Assembly: GCA_003819815.1 (NCBI GenBank)
Contig: RPQJ01000018.1
Span: 1-49,418, forward strand
Direction: 5' to 3'
Source of the DNA: Lysobacterales bacterium
GTDB taxonomy: Bacteria; Pseudomonadota; Gammaproteobacteria; Steroidobacterales; Steroidobacteraceae
Length of the DNA stretch: 49,418 bases
Position numbers and translations under genes: made by a program. The notes under the pieces were generated by a model. The model worked only from the letters and a program-made list of their open reading frames with translations. It ran no database searches and was not told where the DNA came from. The first letter of the stretch is position 1; each line of letters starts with the position of its first letter. Shown here one piece after another: positions 46,328-49,418 of this stretch.

Positions 46328-47080
46328 TCAACCCGCCGCGAGCAGCAGGATCGCGAAGGCAACCGAGCCCAGGCAGAACGGCCAGAAGCGCCCCTCGCGA
46401 TCGTCCGGCAACTCCGCGCTCAGACTGGTGATCACCACCCCGCCCGCCAGCAGCGCGAACAACCGTGCGAACGTGACCTCGCCGAGCGGCATCGTCGCGC
46501 CGACGGCCCAGCCCGCCAGTACACTCGCCGCTAGCCACCGGCGCCCTCCCGCGCGATAGGCGCGGCCGTGCTCCTCGGACAGCGAGTGATTGACGATCAG
46601 GAAGTGGATCGCCATGGCCAGGACGTACACCGCCAAGGTTGCCGGGCCCCGCTCCGCGCGCTCCACGAGCAGGTAACCGACCAACGCGCTGTACGCAGTG
46701 AATCCAGCGAGGTGCAACCAGTAGACACCGTCGCGCGCCCCCCGCTCGACGACCGCGCCGCGGCGCTGCGCCCGCGAGCTCAGCACCATGTGCTGCAGCC
46801 CGTAGAGGACCACGAACGCGGTGAGCGCCAGCAGGTAGACCCGCTGCTCCGCGAAGAGCGCGGAGCGGCCGGCGGCAGCGACGATCGTGCGGTTCTGGAC
46901 TGCGAGTTCTGGCAGCACGTCGACGAAGACGTACGCGACCGAGACGCCCGCCGCGGCGGAGATCCAGCGGCGCCGCGACCAGAACCGCCGTGCACCGCCG
47001 CCCTCGTCTGGGCCGCCGCGCAGCGCGAAGACGGAGGCGAGCACCAGCGCGGCGACGAGTGAAGCCGGGGGAACGTCCAT
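46328..47080 (-). CDS. integral membrane protein (about 7-8 TM), unknown function, last gene of the sulfatase/maturase operon
   Basis: Hydrophobic segments throughout. His/Glu-rich motif AMAIHFLIVNHSLSEEHG is faintly reminiscent of ZIP-type metal permeases. Starts 18 nt after the maturase stop. Confidence 0.68.
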   Translation of the reverse strand: MDVPPASLVAALVLASVFALRGGPDEGGGARRFWSRRRWISAAAGVSVAYVFVDVLPELAVQNRTIVAAAGRSALFAEQRVYLLALTAFVVLYGLQHMVLSSRAQRRGAVVERGARDGVYWLHLAGFTAYSALVGYLLVERAERGPATLAVYVLAMAIHFLIVNHSLSEEHGRAYRAGGRRWLAASVLAGWAVGATMPLGEVTFARLFALLAGGVVITSLSAELPDDREGRFWPFCLGSVAFAILLLAAG

Positions 47081-47098
47081 GCGAGCCCCGCGCGCGGC

Positions 47099-48538
47099 TC
47101 AGGCGCCGAGGGTGGCCGCCGACGAAGTCGCCACCGCGTCCTGGGTCCCGTGGCAGAAGCGGAACTTCCGGCCGCTGCCGCAGGTACAGGGTCCGTAGGC
47201 GTCGCGCTTGCGGTCCTCGGCTGCCACCCACTCCATGACCTCTGCGGGCGCGCGCCCGCCGGCGAACAGATCGGCCATGTGCCGCATCGCCGGCCGGGTG
47301 TGGGTGAAGAAGTGGAACAGGCCCTCGCACAGGTAGTTGTGTCCGGGCTCGCCTTCCTGCGACGTGGCAAAGCGATCCTTCGGGCAACCGCCGTTGCACA
47401 CCGGCCGCACCTCGCATCGCTGGCACTGGGCGGTGAGCGTGTCGCGCTTGTCCACGCCGAACTTGCGCTGGGCCGGCGACGCCACGAGCTCGAGCATGTG
47501 CCGCTCGTGGATGTTGCCGAGCCGGTAGCGCGGCTCGACGTAATGGTCGCAGGCGTACAGGTCGCCGTTGTGCTCGAGCGCGGGACCGTTGCCGCAGGTC
47601 GGAGCATGGATGCAGAGCTTGTAGCGACCGAAATACGCCTCGAGCGTGACGTCGAAGAGCTGCACGTAGACCCGGCCCACGTCGTGCCGCACCCAGTCCT
47701 CGAACACGTCGACGAGGAACTGCCCGTACTGCGCCCCGCCCACGGAGCGGTTGGTCACCAGCGAACCGGTCTGCGTGTACAGGAGCCGCTTGTCCTTCGG
47801 CCGCTCGCTCCAGCCGAGATTGGCGATCTCGAGCGTCTCCGGCGTGGCGCGCTCGACGATCGGGATGAACTGGATCCACTCGGCGTGCAGCTCGTCGCGG
47901 AAGAACCGGTACACGCGGCGGCCGTGCGCCTGATTGGCGGCGTTCACCGTGCACAGGACGTTGAATCTCACTCCGTGCCGCCGCAGCTGGCTCCAGCCGG
48001 CCATCACCAGGTCGAAGGTGCCCTTGCCGTTGCGGGTCACGCGATAGGCGTCGTGCAGTTCGCGGGGTCCGTCCACGCTCAGTCCGACGAGGAAGTCGTG
48101 CTCCTTGAAGAAGGCGCACCAATCGTCGTCGAGCACGATGCCATTGGTCTGGAAGGTGTGCTGGACGACCTGCCCGGGGCGCCGGTGCTTCTCGACCAGC
48201 GCGACGGCCCTGCGGAAGAACTCGACGCCCATGAGCGTCGGCTCGCCGCCCTGCCAGGCCACGATGACTTCGGGCAGCCGGTGCGACTCGAGCAGCTGGC
48301 GGATGTACGCCTCGAGCGTGGCATCGGACATCCGGTGGCGGTCGTCCGGGTAAAGCGCCTCCTTGGACAGGAAGAAGCAGTACTTGCAGTCGATGTTGCA
48401 GGTGGACCCGCTCGGCTTGGCGAGCAGGTGGAAGCGTGGCGGCGCTGCCGTCACGCTCGCGGGGTCGGGCAACGGCGGTGAGGGTCGGTCCATGGCGTGG
48501 CGGGCTGTCGCGACCGGGCGGGCGCCCGGCCGCGACAT
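47099..48538 (-). CDS. anaerobic sulfatase-maturating enzyme (radical SAM / SPASM), with C-terminal SEC-C-like metal-binding tail
   Basis: CNIDCKYC (CxxxCxxC). GGEPTL. SPASM cysteines CIHAPTCGNG...YACDHY...CQRCEVRPVCNGGCPKDR. Tail GPCTCGSGRKFRFCHG. The ATG at 48493 (MDRPSPP...) is an alternative start. Confidence 0.9.
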   Translation of the reverse strand: MSRPGARPVATARHAMDRPSPPLPDPASVTAAPPRFHLLAKPSGSTCNIDCKYCFFLSKEALYPDDRHRMSDATLEAYIRQLLESHRLPEVIVAWQGGEPTLMGVEFFRRAVALVEKHRRPGQVVQHTFQTNGIVLDDDWCAFFKEHDFLVGLSVDGPRELHDAYRVTRNGKGTFDLVMAGWSQLRRHGVRFNVLCTVNAANQAHGRRVYRFFRDELHAEWIQFIPIVERATPETLEIANLGWSERPKDKRLLYTQTGSLVTNRSVGGAQYGQFLVDVFEDWVRHDVGRVYVQLFDVTLEAYFGRYKLCIHAPTCGNGPALEHNGDLYACDHYVEPRYRLGNIHERHMLELVASPAQRKFGVDKRDTLTAQCQRCEVRPVCNGGCPKDRFATSQEGEPGHNYLCEGLFHFFTHTRPAMRHMADLFAGGRAPAEVMEWVAAEDRKRDAYGPCTCGSGRKFRFCHGTQDAVATSSAATLGA

Positions 48539-48550
48539 TCTACGGCGTCC

Positions 48551-49418
48551 TCAGTGACCGGCGCCGCCGGCCCCTTCCGTCATCTTCTCGATGACCTGGT
48601 CCACGCTGAAGCTCGCCGCTTTCTGCCGCGGCGGGAACTCCTTGAACGTCTCCAGGAACTCGGCGACCAGCGACTGGGCCGGCACCAGCATGTAGGCGCG
48701 GTCGATCATCCAGTCGTAGTAGGTGTTCGAGGTGATGTCGGCACGCTCGTACGGATCCGTCCGCAGGTTGAAGATCTTGGGCAGCCGCAGCGTCACCATC
48801 GGCTCGGCCCAGACCTGCAGCGTTCCCCGGCAGCGCTGTTCCATGAACACGAACTTCCAGTTGTCGTAGCGCAGGCAGGCGAGGTCGCCGTCGTCGGTGA
48901 AGTACAGGAAGCCCTTGCGCGCGTGCTTCTTCGCCTTGCCGGTGAAGTACGGCATCAGGCTGTGCCCGTCGAGGTGGACCTTGAAGGTCTTCGTGCCGGC
49001 CTTCAGGCCCTTCTTGAGCTTCTGCTTGATGTCGGGGTCGCCCGCGCCCTCGAGGATGGTCGGCAGCCAGTCGAGGTGGCTGACGATTTCGTTGCAGACC
49101 GTGCCGGGCTCGATCACGCCCGGCCAGCGGACCATCGCCGGCACGCGGAAGGCACCCTCCCACATCGAGTTCTTCTCGTTGCGGAACGGCGTCATTCCGG
49201 CGTCCGGCCAGGTGTTCATGTGCGGCCCGTTGTCGGTGCTGTACATGACCATGGTGTCCTCGGCGATGCCCAGCTCGTCGAGCAGGTCGAGCATTTCGCC
49301 GATGTGCTTGTCGTGCTCGACCATGCAGTCGTGGTACTCGGACTGCCAGCGGCCGGCCTGGCCGCGGATCTTGTCCTCGATGTGCGTGCGGAAGTGCATG
49401 TGCGAGGTGTTGAACCAG
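48551..49418 (-). CDS. formylglycine-dependent arylsulfatase (type I sulfatase), C-terminal part; 5' end lies outside the window
   Basis: The frame is open to the window edge (WFNTSHMHFRTH...). Motifs: VMYSTDNGPHMN, FRNEKNSMWEGAFRVPAMVRWPG, NLRTDPYE. These are typical of AtsA-like sulfatases. Confidence 0.88.
   Translation of the reverse strand, partial: WFNTSHMHFRTHIEDKIRGQAGRWQSEYHDCMVEHDKHIGEMLDLLDELGIAEDTMVMYSTDNGPHMNTWPDAGMTPFRNEKNSMWEGAFRVPAMVRWPGVIEPGTVCNEIVSHLDWLPTILEGAGDPDIKQKLKKGLKAGTKTFKVHLDGHSLMPYFTGKAKKHARKGFLYFTDDGDLACLRYDNWKFVFMEQRCRGTLQVWAEPMVTLRLPKIFNLRTDPYERADITSNTYYDWMIDRAYMLVPAQSLVAEFLETFKEFPPRQKAASFSVDQVIEKMTEGAGGAGH

Noticed and set aside
46203-48122. 639-aa minus-strand alternative frame overlapping the membrane protein and maturase genes
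   Set aside because: It is out of frame with the radical-SAM and SPASM cysteine motifs and gives a low-complexity translation.

Overview
Very GC-rich (by eye about 70%, not computed) proteobacterial-type chromosomal segment, densely coding on both strands. I support about 43 protein-coding genes. I saw no rRNA or tRNA genes, CRISPR arrays, transposases, integrases or phage genes. Many of the long ORFs in the six-frame track are antisense or alternative-frame artefacts of the high GC content. Gene starts were re-picked using signal peptides, Shine-Dalgarno-like motifs and 4-nt start/stop overlaps.

Gene content, left to right:
- A partial multihaem cytochrome/TPR gene, then recQ.
- An exported DUF885 protein and an NAD(P)-binding protein.
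- A 2-oxoacid:ferredoxin oxidoreductase operon (gamma-alpha-beta) ending in a GltD-like flavoprotein-ferredoxin fusion.
- A beta-helix lipoprotein.
- Two paralogous signal-peptide-bearing SAM methyltransferases, about 16 kb apart.
- An OmpW-barrel/OmpA-C fusion porin.
- A GH13 lipoprotein, a KefB/C-like antiporter and a DUF2891 protein.
- frmA-frmB (formaldehyde detoxification) and a DUF3604 lipoprotein.
- A methyltransferase / sulfotransferase-like / class IV aminotransferase operon.
- A 13.4-kb run of 11 co-directional genes: otsB-GH15-otsA, then a TPP enzyme-BASS transporter-epimerase-SDR block, then DUF2505-WS/DGAT-DUF3047-acyl-CoA ligase.
- A sulfate-ester cluster: SdsA1-like alkylsulfatase, LysR regulator, membrane protein, radical-SAM sulfatase maturase with a SEC-C-like tail, and a partial arylsulfatase.

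The candidates I consider most worth follow-up as undescribed systems are:
- The translationally coupled TPP-BASS-epimerase-SDR block together with the adjacent neutral-lipid genes.
- The OFOR-flavoprotein fusion.
- The sulfotransferase-like/aminotransferase pair.

All functional calls rest on motif recognition by eye, not on database searches.
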